Shown here: positions 21,892 through 31,159 of the stretch, one piece after another
Numbering within the stretch: the first letter of the stretch is position 1
Layout: each line of letters opens with the position of its first letter
Virus record (IMG/VR): IMGVR_UViG_3300033146_004399
Coordinates: 96,001-160,000 of that record
Reading direction: 5' to 3' (one strand)
DNA length: 64,000 bases
From: a virus
Notes under the pieces: model-generated
Told to the model about the DNA's origin: nothing
What the model saw: only the letters and a program-made list of their open reading frames with translations
Databases searched by the model: none
Position numbers and translations under genes: made by a program

Positions 21892-22627
21892 GTAAATATA
21901 AAGAAACAAAGAGGTGAACGGTGAAAATTAAATTTATTAAAGAGTATGAAGGTTGGCCAGGTCAATCAGTAGATTACATGGCAACTTATGATAATGGTTC
22001 TTCTCAAAGGCATACTTGCTCGAAAAATGAATGGATTGTTATAGAAACTCGTGAACTGTTGTTAAAAGCTGGTGCAGATAAAGACTTACTCGAGAGATTT
22101 GCGAGGGCAATTAAAGACGTTGCGCAAGAGGATGAGTGGATGTCTAATGTTGGAGAAGAATTATGACAACTAAAAAAATATTAGAAGAATATCAAGAAAA
22201 AGCTGAAATTATCTTAAAGGCTAAGAATTTAGAAATAAATCCTATAGGTCAGAGATTGAGAGTTCTTGCCCTCGCTGCTGTTTTAAAAGAAAATGACAAA
22301 TTAATATGGAAAAGTCAAAAGGCTATAAATAATGGATGAAAATAAATCTAAGAAATTACAGAGTAAAATAAATAAATATGTAAAGTACTCTCCACTTAAG
22401 TTAAATTTAGATTTAGGTACTTGGAATGAGTTTATTTAGTTTATTTAGTTTGTATTTTATACCACCACTGATAACAGTAATTATTATTGCTACTTTCTTT
22501 CATCATATGAAGATGGAGTTTACTCGTGGATATTTAATAATGTATTATATAATGCTTATGTTTGGACCAGTTGGTTTTATATTTGGTCTACTTTTTATAA
22601 AAGACAATTTTACAAAGGATGAATGGT

Positions 22628-22663
22628 AATCAGAAAGGAAAGTTAATGCTTTCCTTTCTGATT
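22628..22663. terminator. Hairpin between convergent transcription units (probable bidirectional terminator)
   Basis: AATCAGAAAGGAAAG-ttaatg-CTTTCCTTTCTGATT, perfect 15-bp stem. Confidence 0.75.
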
Positions 22664-22680
22664 GTTATAAATCTTTTAAT

Positions 22681-23550
22681 TTATGAATTTAACTTAATAG
22701 CTGTAATAACCTCTTGCATTAGTCCAACGGTATCCCATGGGTTATCCATAATATCGTCGGTGACATAAACCCAACCATAATATTCTAAAACTTCTGCAAA
22801 TATAGTGGCATCGGCCCCAGCTAAAGCACCTACAGTTGAGGTATGTTTAAGAAGACCTCTTTTCCATAGCTTAGAGCCACCAGGCCAAGGACCGTCGGTC
22901 ATAGGTGAAGAAGGCCAAACTGAATTTTCCCATTCAATTACGATATCAAATATATCTTGGAATGCCATTTCATCCAAATTATAGCCAGGATTTGAAACTG
23001 TAATTCCTAAACCAACTTCTCTAGCATAATCAGCTACTTCTAAATAGTATGCTAGTTCTTCTGATAAATTTGTAGTACCATCAGATTGTTCATCAAAGAA
23101 AATACCTGAGATTTCAGGGTAAAGACTTTTCCAATTATCTATAGCAGCTTTAACTGTAGTAACTGAAGCTGCTCTGTATTGTGTAGGAACATACCCTATT
23201 ACTTTAATACCAGCAGCCTGCATTCTATTATGAACTTCTGTATATTGCGCGTCTACTGAAGCACCAGCTCCTTCATCTGGATTTGTAATAGCAATCATTG
23301 GAATTGTTCTATTTTTCCTTTTAAAATCAATTAATGAAAGATAATCTGCATTTGTATATGAATTTGTTGGATAAATATACATAGGAATTATTATTCCTGT
23401 TTGTTGTGATGAGGAGATTCCAGGACTCTCCATAAATCTTTTAAGTTTCGCGAGTGTTTCTACGCCGTCTGCAGCAGTCTGCCCAACAAGTATTTTGTCG
23501 GCAGTCGTTAACGTGCCGGCAGCAGCAATTGTACTAAAATCTTTAGCCAT
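22681..23550 (-). CDS. Spherulin-4/GH135-like glycoside hydrolase with a fibre-type N-terminus
   Basis: IIIPMYIYP, ITNPDEGAG, KVIGYVPT, GIFFDE and VSNPG motifs; first ~30 aa match the N-terminus of fibre 25788-26780. Confidence 0.8.
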   Translation of the reverse strand: MAKDFSTIAAAGTLTTADKILVGQTAADGVETLAKLKRFMESPGISSSQQTGIIIPMYIYPTNSYTNADYLSLIDFKRKNRTIPMIAITNPDEGAGASVDAQYTEVHNRMQAAGIKVIGYVPTQYRAASVTTVKAAIDNWKSLYPEISGIFFDEQSDGTTNLSEELAYYLEVADYAREVGLGITVSNPGYNLDEMAFQDIFDIVIEWENSVWPSSPMTDGPWPGGSKLWKRGLLKHTSTVGALAGADATIFAEVLEYYGWVYVTDDIMDNPWDTVGLMQEVITAIKLNS

Positions 23551-23565
23551 TTTCTATCTCCTTAT

Positions 23566-23919
23566 TTATGCAATTCTAATTTCTAAATTATTACCATCTG
23601 ATAACATAAACGCTTCTCCATCAATTGTAAAAGCATTTTCTCCAAATGCTACATTAGGTTGTACATCATCAGTAAGATCGTCATCTTCTATAATGATTGC
23701 ATTCTTAGTAAATGATGCAATTTTACCAGTAACATTCCATTCCATTGCTACACCAAAAACCTCTGTTGGTAAAAGTTCTGGTTCCGTAATTATTGTATCA
23801 GCATTTATAGCAGCGTCGTATAAAGACCTTGCACTTTCTACCAATTCGGTATCAGTAAAACTGCCTTTGTCTCTACGTCTAATTTGATATTTTATTTTTT
23901 TTAATCTATCTTCAATCAT
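23566..23919 (-). CDS. ~120-aa fibre-associated protein (paralog 1 of 3)
   Basis: DRLKKIKYQ...SLYDAAINAD...LPTE..G...W, shared with 26795-27157 and 28882-29241. Confidence 0.6.
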   Translation of the reverse strand: MIEDRLKKIKYQIRRRDKGSFTDTELVESARSLYDAAINADTIITEPELLPTEVFGVAMEWNVTGKIASFTKNAIIIEDDDLTDDVQPNVAFGENAFTIDGEAFMLSDGNNLEIRIA

Positions 23920-23920
23920 T

Positions 23921-24580
23921 TTACAACTCCTTTAAATATCCTTTATTAAAAAGATGATTTTTCACACTTGGGAAAAATCCTCTTTTACCTAATTTAATTA
24001 ATAAACCAACATGTTTAAATCCCCATCCGCCGAAAGGTACAAGAGGAACAATATCATGCCCATATACATATCTTGTAGTCGCAGGTACCCTCTTATCATA
24101 TGAAGCAGCTAAAGCCCCGTTACCAACCCTAGGGCTTCCGGTAGTCATACATTCAATTTCTAAGGAAGGAAAATTATATTGGAAGTCTAATGCCATTATA
24201 GTAGCAATAGCAGCTCCAAAACTTTGACCCATTATTATAATTTTCTTTCTATCTTTGATTATCTTATGCATATCTTCTCTAATAAGTAAATAACTTTTAT
24301 AAAAACCCCTATGCATTTTAATTTTTTTATTAGACCCTTTATACGGTGTTTTCATTAACGGGAAACTAAGATTATACATCCAATCCATAAATTCATTTGA
24401 ACCTAGAATAAATATAATTTCATCTCCGTTATATCTTCCGATAGCTATTTGAACATGTTTCTTTTGGAGAGTTGCAACTATGGTATTTATTTTTATCTCC
24501 CCTTTGAATACTTTTTTTCTATCTGCCGATCTTACATCCCAATATTTTTGAGCTATATAATGAATTAATTCTTTAGTCAT
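23921..24580 (-). CDS. Class 3 lipase (alpha/beta hydrolase)
   Basis: MHRGFY, GQSFG nucleophile elbow, TGSPRVGN, DIVPLVP and a C-terminal His; SD supports a start at 24580. Confidence 0.85.
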   Translation of the reverse strand: MTKELIHYIAQKYWDVRSADRKKVFKGEIKINTIVATLQKKHVQIAIGRYNGDEIIFILGSNEFMDWMYNLSFPLMKTPYKGSNKKIKMHRGFYKSYLLIREDMHKIIKDRKKIIIMGQSFGAAIATIMALDFQYNFPSLEIECMTTGSPRVGNGALAASYDKRVPATTRYVYGHDIVPLVPFGGWGFKHVGLLIKLGKRGFFPSVKNHLFNKGYLKEL

Positions 24581-24601
24581 TTGTAATCTCCTTACATTAT
24601 C

Positions 24602-25260
24602 TTGCAACTATTGTGCATACTTATTATTATGGGTACAAACTATTACATAAGATATAATATTTGCTCTTGTTGTAACAGAAGTGATGAAGTGCATATAGGG
24701 AAGTCGTCTATGGGTTGGCAATTCACCTTCCATTCTGTAGATGATTATGATATCAAGATGTCCTCTTTCGATGCTAAAAATATGTTGGCAGAAGATGATT
24801 CTCATCTCATTATTAAGAGTTTCCAGGATTGGCGAAAATTCATTGAGAAATATGTTATAGAACAAGGAACTGCTAAAATATATAACGAGTATGGGGAAGA
24901 AGAGTCTGCACAAGAGTTTTTTAATTTGGTAGAAAGTAAGAGAGATGGTAAGAATCATGCTGAATATATAAATAATGATTATACATCCATAGACCATGGA
25001 GATTATGTAGATGAGGAAGGATATTCCTTCTCACCAGGAGAGTTTAGCTAATGGATTATTTTATTATGCATGCAAGTATTAAAGGGAAGAAAAGCACAGT
25101 AAGTTTTTATTTGGAGTCAGAATTGATGAATGCATTAGAAGATATGTCTTCTATGGCTGCATTTATGTTTGAAGGAGAGGGAATTCCTTTCGAAGATGGA
25201 AGTGTAGGATATTTCACTCCAGACGATGATTTCATCTATCTGGAGGAAAAGATTGTTTAA
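24602..25260 (+). other. Two hypothetical CDS (about 24627-25051 and 25051-25260) on the opposite strand inside the tail cluster
   Basis: MGTNYY...VHIGKSSMGWQFTFH...DEEGYSF..GEFS is a recurrent phage hypothetical pattern. Confidence 0.55.
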
Positions 25261-25769
25261 ATATAGTATCCTATAACATTTGCACTAAAACTACCAAATG
25301 TTCCTGTAGCTGTCCATAAACAATTTATTTGATAATTTTCATCCAATGGTATTGTGATAACAGCATGCTGATAAACTCCTGAATTGGGCATTGCACTACC
25401 AATAGCAATAGTTCCGCCATCTGCCGGAAGTGCTTCGTTTCCTTTACCAAACCCAGCCCAATACCAATCATTTGCGCCTGTTTCTGATTTATAGACCCAC
25501 CATCTTAACACAACAGCTTTTGCTCCAACTGGAAGTCTTGACGCTAAAGAAGGTGATAGATATAATGTACCAGTTATTGGACTGGCTTGTGACCAAATAG
25601 ACGTAGCGTTTCTGTTAGAATAGTCAACCATATGTAAAGTACCAAGGTTATCGTCACCTAAAGATGATTGAGCTTTTTCTAATTCAATTTTTAGCCAAGC
25701 TCCTGCACTTGTATTATATCTATAATTTTCAAATATTTGTCCATTAGATGGACTTGTTGGGAATGCCAT
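25257..25769 (-). CDS. Small fibre/receptor-binding module with FPTSP anchor
   Basis: MAFPTSPSNGQIFENYRYN...W N-terminus followed by a beta-rich variable domain. Confidence 0.6.
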   Translation of the reverse strand: MAFPTSPSNGQIFENYRYNTSAGAWLKIELEKAQSSLGDDNLGTLHMVDYSNRNATSIWSQASPITGTLYLSPSLASRLPVGAKAVVLRWWVYKSETGANDWYWAGFGKGNEALPADGGTIAIGSAMPNSGVYQHAVITIPLDENYQINCLWTATGTFGSFSANVIGYYI

Positions 25770-25787
25770 TTTTATTACTCCTTATTT

Positions 25788-26780
25788 TTATAATTGTATC
25801 CATTCTGAGCCCGTATATTTAAAAAAGGCATTCAAATCTGTTCTGAAACAATCGTCTCCTGCAACAGGACTTCCTGGGAAGGATGTTCCAGATGTGAAAG
25901 TAACATAATTTCTAACAACAGTATCAAACCTCTTCTCAACATCATTCCATACTGCAATACCACCATCTATAGGTGAAGTTTCACGAGTTGCTACTGCTTG
26001 TTCTGAACCTTGTTCACCTATTACAAATGTATCAGTTAATTCCTCAAATACAAATCTATAATTTAATTCATCACCTCTCTCAACTTCCATACCACCAACT
26101 AATGAAGTCGCTGGAGTCCCTGTTTGACTTTTATTAACTGTAATCATATTGTCTTCAACAAGGAGGGTTGCCGTGTCAATAGTAGTCGTTGTGCCTGAAA
26201 CTATTAAATCACCTGCTACAGTTAAGTTATTATTAGCTATCGTATCTCCAGCAAATTGAATATTACCACCAGCGGAAGAGTTGGAGAAAACAATATTCTT
26301 ACTAGCAACACCAGTTACTGTAAATTCCATACCACCAGGAGCTATTGTATTTACTTCATTGCCTGCTTGAAGAGTAAGGTTACCGTTACCTGTACCAGGA
26401 GTTGATGAGGAGGTTTTAATCTCAATAGCTTGATCTGTATCTGTTTGAAAGGTCATAACGCTCGCTGCATCTTCAATTACCTTCTTACCATTTACATATA
26501 AAGAGGAAGCACCAACAAAAATTTCGTCAGCATATACAGAATTAAACTTCTGTGTTGCGGAACCAAGATTTCTTACAGAAACTTCACCAGTTGCACCAGT
26601 CATTTCTGGGAGGATATCTTCAGTTGTTATATCATTCGTGAGAGTGAGACCTTTAGCTTCTATGTATGTTACTAAAGATGATAGAGTTGTTGCTCTATCT
26701 AAATCAGTTTGTCCTACAACTAATTTATCTACATCGTTTAATGAACTCGTAAGTTCTATCGTACTAAAATTCTCTGCCAT
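25788..26780 (-). CDS. Tail-fibre-like protein A
   Basis: Gly/Thr/Val-rich shaft; strong paralog of 27575-28882; C-terminal FPGSPVAGDDCFRTDL..FKYTGSEW motif. Confidence 0.7.
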   Translation of the reverse strand: MAENFSTIELTSSLNDVDKLVVGQTDLDRATTLSSLVTYIEAKGLTLTNDITTEDILPEMTGATGEVSVRNLGSATQKFNSVYADEIFVGASSLYVNGKKVIEDAASVMTFQTDTDQAIEIKTSSSTPGTGNGNLTLQAGNEVNTIAPGGMEFTVTGVASKNIVFSNSSAGGNIQFAGDTIANNNLTVAGDLIVSGTTTTIDTATLLVEDNMITVNKSQTGTPATSLVGGMEVERGDELNYRFVFEELTDTFVIGEQGSEQAVATRETSPIDGGIAVWNDVEKRFDTVVRNYVTFTSGTSFPGSPVAGDDCFRTDLNAFFKYTGSEWIQL

Positions 26781-26794
26781 AATTTATACTCCTA

Positions 26795-27157
26795 TTACGC
26801 TGTTTGTAATTCAAAAATTTCGTTATTTATATAGAAAAACTCATTATTAGTTTGAAAAGCTCCTGTGATGAGTTGATCATTTATCGTTGGTGTTACTTCA
26901 TCTGTTAAATCATCATTATTGATTTCATATTCTCCACCATCAATTGAAAGTGAGAGATTATCCGCACTCCATAATAAAGTGAGTCCTAAAGCTTCAGTAG
27001 GGAAAGTGTCTCCTGAGAGATCAGGAGAATCTGCATTTATAGCAGAATCATATATAGATTGAACCATAGGTATTCTATCTGCAACAGACCAATCACCATC
27101 TTGTTCTTTAAGAATTTGATATTTTAATTTCTTTAGCCTCTCTTTAACTTCTTGCAT
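26795..27157 (-). CDS. ~120-aa fibre-associated protein (paralog 2 of 3)
   Basis: ERLKKLKYQ...SIYDSAINAD...FPTE..G...W. Confidence 0.6.
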   Translation of the reverse strand: MQEVKERLKKLKYQILKEQDGDWSVADRIPMVQSIYDSAINADSPDLSGDTFPTEALGLTLLWSADNLSLSIDGGEYEINNDDLTDEVTPTINDQLITGAFQTNNEFFYINNEIFELQTA

Positions 27158-27168
27158 TTCTTACTCCT

Positions 27169-27575
27169 TTATGCTATTCTTCCTATAGCTGTTGCTGTAT
27201 AATATGAAGTCCCGGTGCTTGTTGCATAACCAGAAAATGAAATTGATGTACCGGTCGTAAAATTACTTGCCGCACTATTATGATAACCAAGTTCACTTGT
27301 TCCTTCCATAAAATACCATGAAACACCGACAGATCCCGCAACAAAAGCTTTCGGAAAAGTCCAAGTACCAACTCGAGTTGAATTTGCAGCTGTACCGTTC
27401 ATAGCTGTTCTTGCTTTATAATATATTAATGTCCCATCTGAAAATTCTGTCTATCCTCCATTTAAATTGGAACCGGATGATATAATTCCCCAGCTTTTTT
27501 CCAAGCGCCCCGTGTTGAGTTATAATAGTATTCGTTATAAATGTCATCATCTGAAGGAGATGTTGGAAATACCAT
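27169..27575 (-). pseudogene. FPTSP-anchored fibre-tip gene with a frameshift in a G4 run and an in-frame TAG
   Basis: MVFPTSPSDDDIYNEYYYN..GAWKKAG, shift at 27488-27491, GIISSGSNLNGG*TEFSDGTLI..WTFPKAF..AIGR; TAG at 27451-27453. Confidence 0.7.
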
Positions 27576-28882
27576 TACATCTGCATCCAAGTTGCACCAT
27601 TATATTTATACCACTCATCTAAATCTGTTCGATAACATTCATCCGCAAAACCCGGTGTTCCAGGAAAGGCAATACCTGCAGAAGCGGTAACAACTCTACG
27701 AGCTTGAATCAAAAGGTCAGTTCCGTTATAAGTCATATTTGAATGAGTATCAAATCTTTTAGTACTATCATTCCAAAAAGCAACACCAGCAGCAGCTGGA
27801 GCATCTTCACGAGTTGCAACTGCTTGGAGAGTACCAGACTCACCAACTTTAAAAGAATCAGTTAATTCTTCAAATATAAATCTATAATTAGGTGAATCAC
27901 CGCGATTAACTTCAATACCTGAAACAAGACTTTCAGCTGGTACGCCAACTTGTCCCTTATTAACTTCAATTATATTATCTTCAACAAGGAGAGTCTGTGT
28001 ATCAAGAGTAACTGTTGCACCTTCGACTGTTAAATCTCCAGATATAATAAGATTTGTTGCTTGAACAGTACCATTAAGATCGATAGTAGTTGCTGTTATG
28101 TCAACTTCCTCAGTGGAGGATATTAAAACTTGACCATTAGTTGCAGCGTTAGATATTGTTAAATTTTTATTTGTAATTCCAACTGGCACTGTTATTTCAA
28201 CACCACCTTTACCTAGAATATTAACTTCATTATCTGACTGGAAGGCAAGATTACCATTACCAGAACCAGGAGTTGAAGCAAGAGTTTTAATTGCAAGACC
28301 TTGATCTTCATCTGTTTTAAAAGTCATAGTGTCTGCAACATCTTCAATTACCTTCTTACCATTTACATATAAAGAAGAAGCCCCAACAAAAACTTCATCA
28401 GCATAGACTGCGTTAAATTTTTGAGTGGCTGAACCTATATTTCTTACAGAAACTTCACCAGTTGCACCAACCATATTAGGTAATATATCTCTTACAACTA
28501 TGTTTCCTTCTATTGGTCCACCAGCAAGCACATCTAATTTTGTATTTAATTGTGCTTGGAGGTCTGTAATATCTGTCGCATTTAAAGTATCACCAACTCC
28601 TACAAAATTAATTGTTAACATACCTGTTTGATATATTGGGTTTAAAATGTATAGTTGTTTGTATACATTTTTACCAAATAAATTGGTTAAGTTTGAATCT
28701 AAAGTTACTAATGAATAATCTTCAGATAATAAAGTTTCTCCATCAATATGTTCAATAGTTAAACCATCTTCATAAAATAATCGTACAGGTAAATTTACCT
28801 GTTCAACCCCTACATCACTAATTTGATAATCTACAAAATTGTGCCCTGATTCTATAATATCGTACATTTGTTTTAACGCCAT
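27575..28882 (-). CDS. Tail-fibre-like protein B
   Basis: Shares TGEVSVRN.GSATQKFN.VYADE.FVGASSLYVNGKKVIED, EDN.I.VNK and NYRF.FEELTD with fibre A; different N-terminus. Confidence 0.7.
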   Translation of the reverse strand: MALKQMYDIIESGHNFVDYQISDVGVEQVNLPVRLFYEDGLTIEHIDGETLLSEDYSLVTLDSNLTNLFGKNVYKQLYILNPIYQTGMLTINFVGVGDTLNATDITDLQAQLNTKLDVLAGGPIEGNIVVRDILPNMVGATGEVSVRNIGSATQKFNAVYADEVFVGASSLYVNGKKVIEDVADTMTFKTDEDQGLAIKTLASTPGSGNGNLAFQSDNEVNILGKGGVEITVPVGITNKNLTISNAATNGQVLISSTEEVDITATTIDLNGTVQATNLIISGDLTVEGATVTLDTQTLLVEDNIIEVNKGQVGVPAESLVSGIEVNRGDSPNYRFIFEELTDSFKVGESGTLQAVATREDAPAAAGVAFWNDSTKRFDTHSNMTYNGTDLLIQARRVVTASAGIAFPGTPGFADECYRTDLDEWYKYNGATWMQM

Positions 28883-29241
28883 TATAATGCTCCTCCATAA
28901 TATGATTTACCGAAATACCCCATCCCAATATTTGGGGAATTTACATAATTTCTTTTTTCTATATTTTCTGCTGTTAAGTCTTGAATAACGTAAACGCCAG
29001 TTTTTTTAATTTTAACTATTGTATCATTGTCCTCTCCAGCACTCCAATCTAAATTACAATCCAGAAAAGTGGTTGGCATTTCGGAATCTTGTACTGTTGT
29101 AAGGTCATTTAGTACAAGACCATTAAGAGTAGATTCTGCAGCAGCTACATAATCTGCGTCTTCCCAGTTTACTAATATACCAGGTTTTTGTGGTTTTAAA
29201 TGTTGAAACTGTATTTTTTTTAAACGATCTAATCGTGTCAT
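28882..29241 (-). CDS. ~120-aa fibre-associated protein (paralog 3 of 3, more divergent)
   Basis: DRLKKIQFQ...MPT...W pattern. Confidence 0.5.
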   Translation of the reverse strand: MTRLDRLKKIQFQHLKPQKPGILVNWEDADYVAAAESTLNGLVLNDLTTVQDSEMPTTFLDCNLDWSAGEDNDTIVKIKKTGVYVIQDLTAENIEKRNYVNSPNIGMGYFGKSYYGGAL

Positions 29242-29256
29242 TTATTACTCCTTTTA

Positions 29257-29754
29257 TTAATTTATCAAATACATGGACCAGGAGTAGTTGCCATAATAAT
29301 AGTCACTACTTAAAAGAACTTTTACTTGGTCATCTTTATTAAGTTGAACAATTCCGTTAATTGTGGCAGCACCATGAATATAAGCATTTGCAGCTATTCC
29401 AGTTGTATTAAGACCGGCTTTTACAATTAATTCTGCATTTCCGTTTATTACGAGATACGAAGCACGGTCTCTTAATATATTTGGTTCGTATGCATTAGTA
29501 GCTAATATTACATTAACTTGATATTGCCCTGATAAAGGACATGTCCAAATACTATTTACCATAGTATTATGAGAATCAATACTAGCCACAAATGGTACAT
29601 AAAATGGGTCAGTAATAGATAAAGGCGGTGATTGAGAACAACTACTTACCATAATAACTTTATTTTTATTAATATCATCCCATAATGATTGTAATTCATT
29701 ATAATAATAATTTTTATATCGTTGTCCATCTACTGGACTTGTTGGAAATGCCAT
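29257..29754 (-). CDS. FPTSP-anchored protein with a C1q/TNF-like domain
   Basis: MAFPTSPVDGQRY..YYYN...W; WTCPLSGQYQV and IVQLNKDDQVKV. Confidence 0.65.
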   Translation of the reverse strand: MAFPTSPVDGQRYKNYYYNELQSLWDDINKNKVIMVSSCSQSPPLSITDPFYVPFVASIDSHNTMVNSIWTCPLSGQYQVNVILATNAYEPNILRDRASYLVINGNAELIVKAGLNTTGIAANAYIHGAATINGIVQLNKDDQVKVLLSSDYYYGNYSWSMYLIN

Positions 29755-29765
29755 TTAATTACTCC

Positions 29766-30218
29766 TTAAACTGTTCTTTTCCGTATTCTTACTGTTTGGT
29801 TAACTGGCCTAGCTTCTATATCACCAGATGAATTAGTACTATTTCCATAGCTTGATCTATTTAATGCTACTTCAGTAAAACCATATTCAGTTTTGTTATT
29901 TACAATGCCTTGCAAAAATGACATATTTGATAGACTATAGCTGTAACTTTTATTATCGCCACTTTGTTGGCCATTTTCAAATGTTGATGCATCACCACCT
30001 TCTATTCTAATGAAATCTCCGGCATAGGTAGAAGAAACGTTAGTCCACCATCCATACCATTCAGCACCAGTTAGGCTTGATTTTCCTGGCAGTTGAGTAT
30101 AAATAAAGTCTATATTAAAATATTTATCTGGATCTAATTTAATCCAAGCTGTTTTAGCCGTTTCATATATATATTGTTTAAATAATTGTCCGTCTGCTGG
30201 ACTTGTTGAAAAAGTCAT
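29766..30218 (-). CDS. FPTSP-anchored fibre-tip-like protein
   Basis: MTFSTSPADGQLF..YIY...W; YTQLPG, FIRIEGG and EARPVNQTVRI resemble phage tail-collar/tip proteins. Confidence 0.6.
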   Translation of the reverse strand: MTFSTSPADGQLFKQYIYETAKTAWIKLDPDKYFNIDFIYTQLPGKSSLTGAEWYGWWTNVSSTYAGDFIRIEGGDASTFENGQQSGDNKSYSYSLSNMSFLQGIVNNKTEYGFTEVALNRSSYGNSTNSSGDIEARPVNQTVRIRKRTV

Positions 30219-30229
30219 TTCTACTTCCT

Positions 30230-30718
30230 TCAATTTACTAAAAATCCCGAAAATGCACCATATCCAGTTCCATATGTTGGCCCAGGTCCTTCATTAAAGA
30301 CACCGATAGTATCTGCTGCATTTAAATAAAATGTCATAGACATAGTTGAATAATCATAATCCCAACCGTCAAATGCAGTACTATCGCCACCAGCTAATGT
30401 ATCCCCGGTTATTGCATCTTTGCTTCCATTAATAATCCACCACAATCTATGATAAGTTTCTTCATTTGATAGACGCATTAATGCGTTAAAAGAAAATGTG
30501 TACAATCCACTTACTGGCGCTGTAAACAAACCGGTTGCTTCGCTAAAACAATTGTGTGAATCATGAACAACGGAACCCCATATAATAGTATTTTGTGTTG
30601 AGGTGATAGCTGGGTGTTTTACTTGAAATCCTAAACTTTTTAATTTGCGCCAAAGACCATTATTATATTCATAATCTTTATAAATTTGTCCATCTACTGG
30701 ATTTGTTGGAAAAGCCAT
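30230..30718 (-). CDS. FPTSP-anchored protein with a C1q-like domain
   Basis: MAFPTNPVDGQIY..YEYN..W; TGLFTAPVSGLYTFS, LNAADTIGV and FSGFLV C1q signature. Confidence 0.75.
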   Translation of the reverse strand: MAFPTNPVDGQIYKDYEYNNGLWRKLKSLGFQVKHPAITSTQNTIIWGSVVHDSHNCFSEATGLFTAPVSGLYTFSFNALMRLSNEETYHRLWWIINGSKDAITGDTLAGGDSTAFDGWDYDYSTMSMTFYLNAADTIGVFNEGPGPTYGTGYGAFSGFLVN

Positions 30719-30899
30719 TTCTACCCCCTAAACTATATTTATCTTTTATTTTATAACCGCTTGTGTTCATTTTACCTTCAACAAGTCTTTTAACAACTTC
30801 TTTCATTGTTATTTCTCTATCTAGAGCCATTTGTTTTAACTCTTTCCAAACAGCTGTGTCTATTCTTAGACTTTTATAATCATATTCATATTTTTTCAT
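30678..30899 (-). CDS. Ribbon-helix-helix-like DNA-binding protein
   Basis: KSLRID strand, AVWKELKQMALDRE helix, ITMKEVVKRL helix; AAAGAT-N5-ATG upstream. Confidence 0.55.
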   Translation of the reverse strand: MKKYEYDYKSLRIDTAVWKELKQMALDREITMKEVVKRLVEGKMNTSGYKIKDKYSLGGRNGFSNKSSRWTNL

Positions 30900-30974
30900 A
30901 CAATATCTTTTGTGTAAAAATATAAAAAAGCAATTTTTTTTTAATATTTTTTAATATTTTTTAAATTTATGATT

Positions 30975-31098
30975 TGTGTCATTAAGACACATAAATAGTA
31001 TTAAAATAATAAAAAAATAATCGTATGTATCGTTTTGACTATGTAAATTATAGTGCGTAGTATCCTTATGACACAGTGAGCGGTTCCACTATGACACA
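30975..31098. promoter_or_regulatory. Repeated ATGACACA boxes in the divergent RHH / hsp20-dnaK intergenic region
   Basis: Inverted copy 30975-30982, near match 30984-30991, direct copies 31068-31075 and 31091-31098. Confidence 0.5.
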
Positions 31099-31159
31099 AA
31101 AATTTTTAAAAAGTTAGCATATTTAATGGCAAAGATAAAAATAAACAAAGGAGAACACT

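Noticed and set aside
22429-22446. 9-bp tandem repeat AGTTTATTT in a small membrane gene
   Set aside because: Two copies of low-complexity sequence, expected by chance
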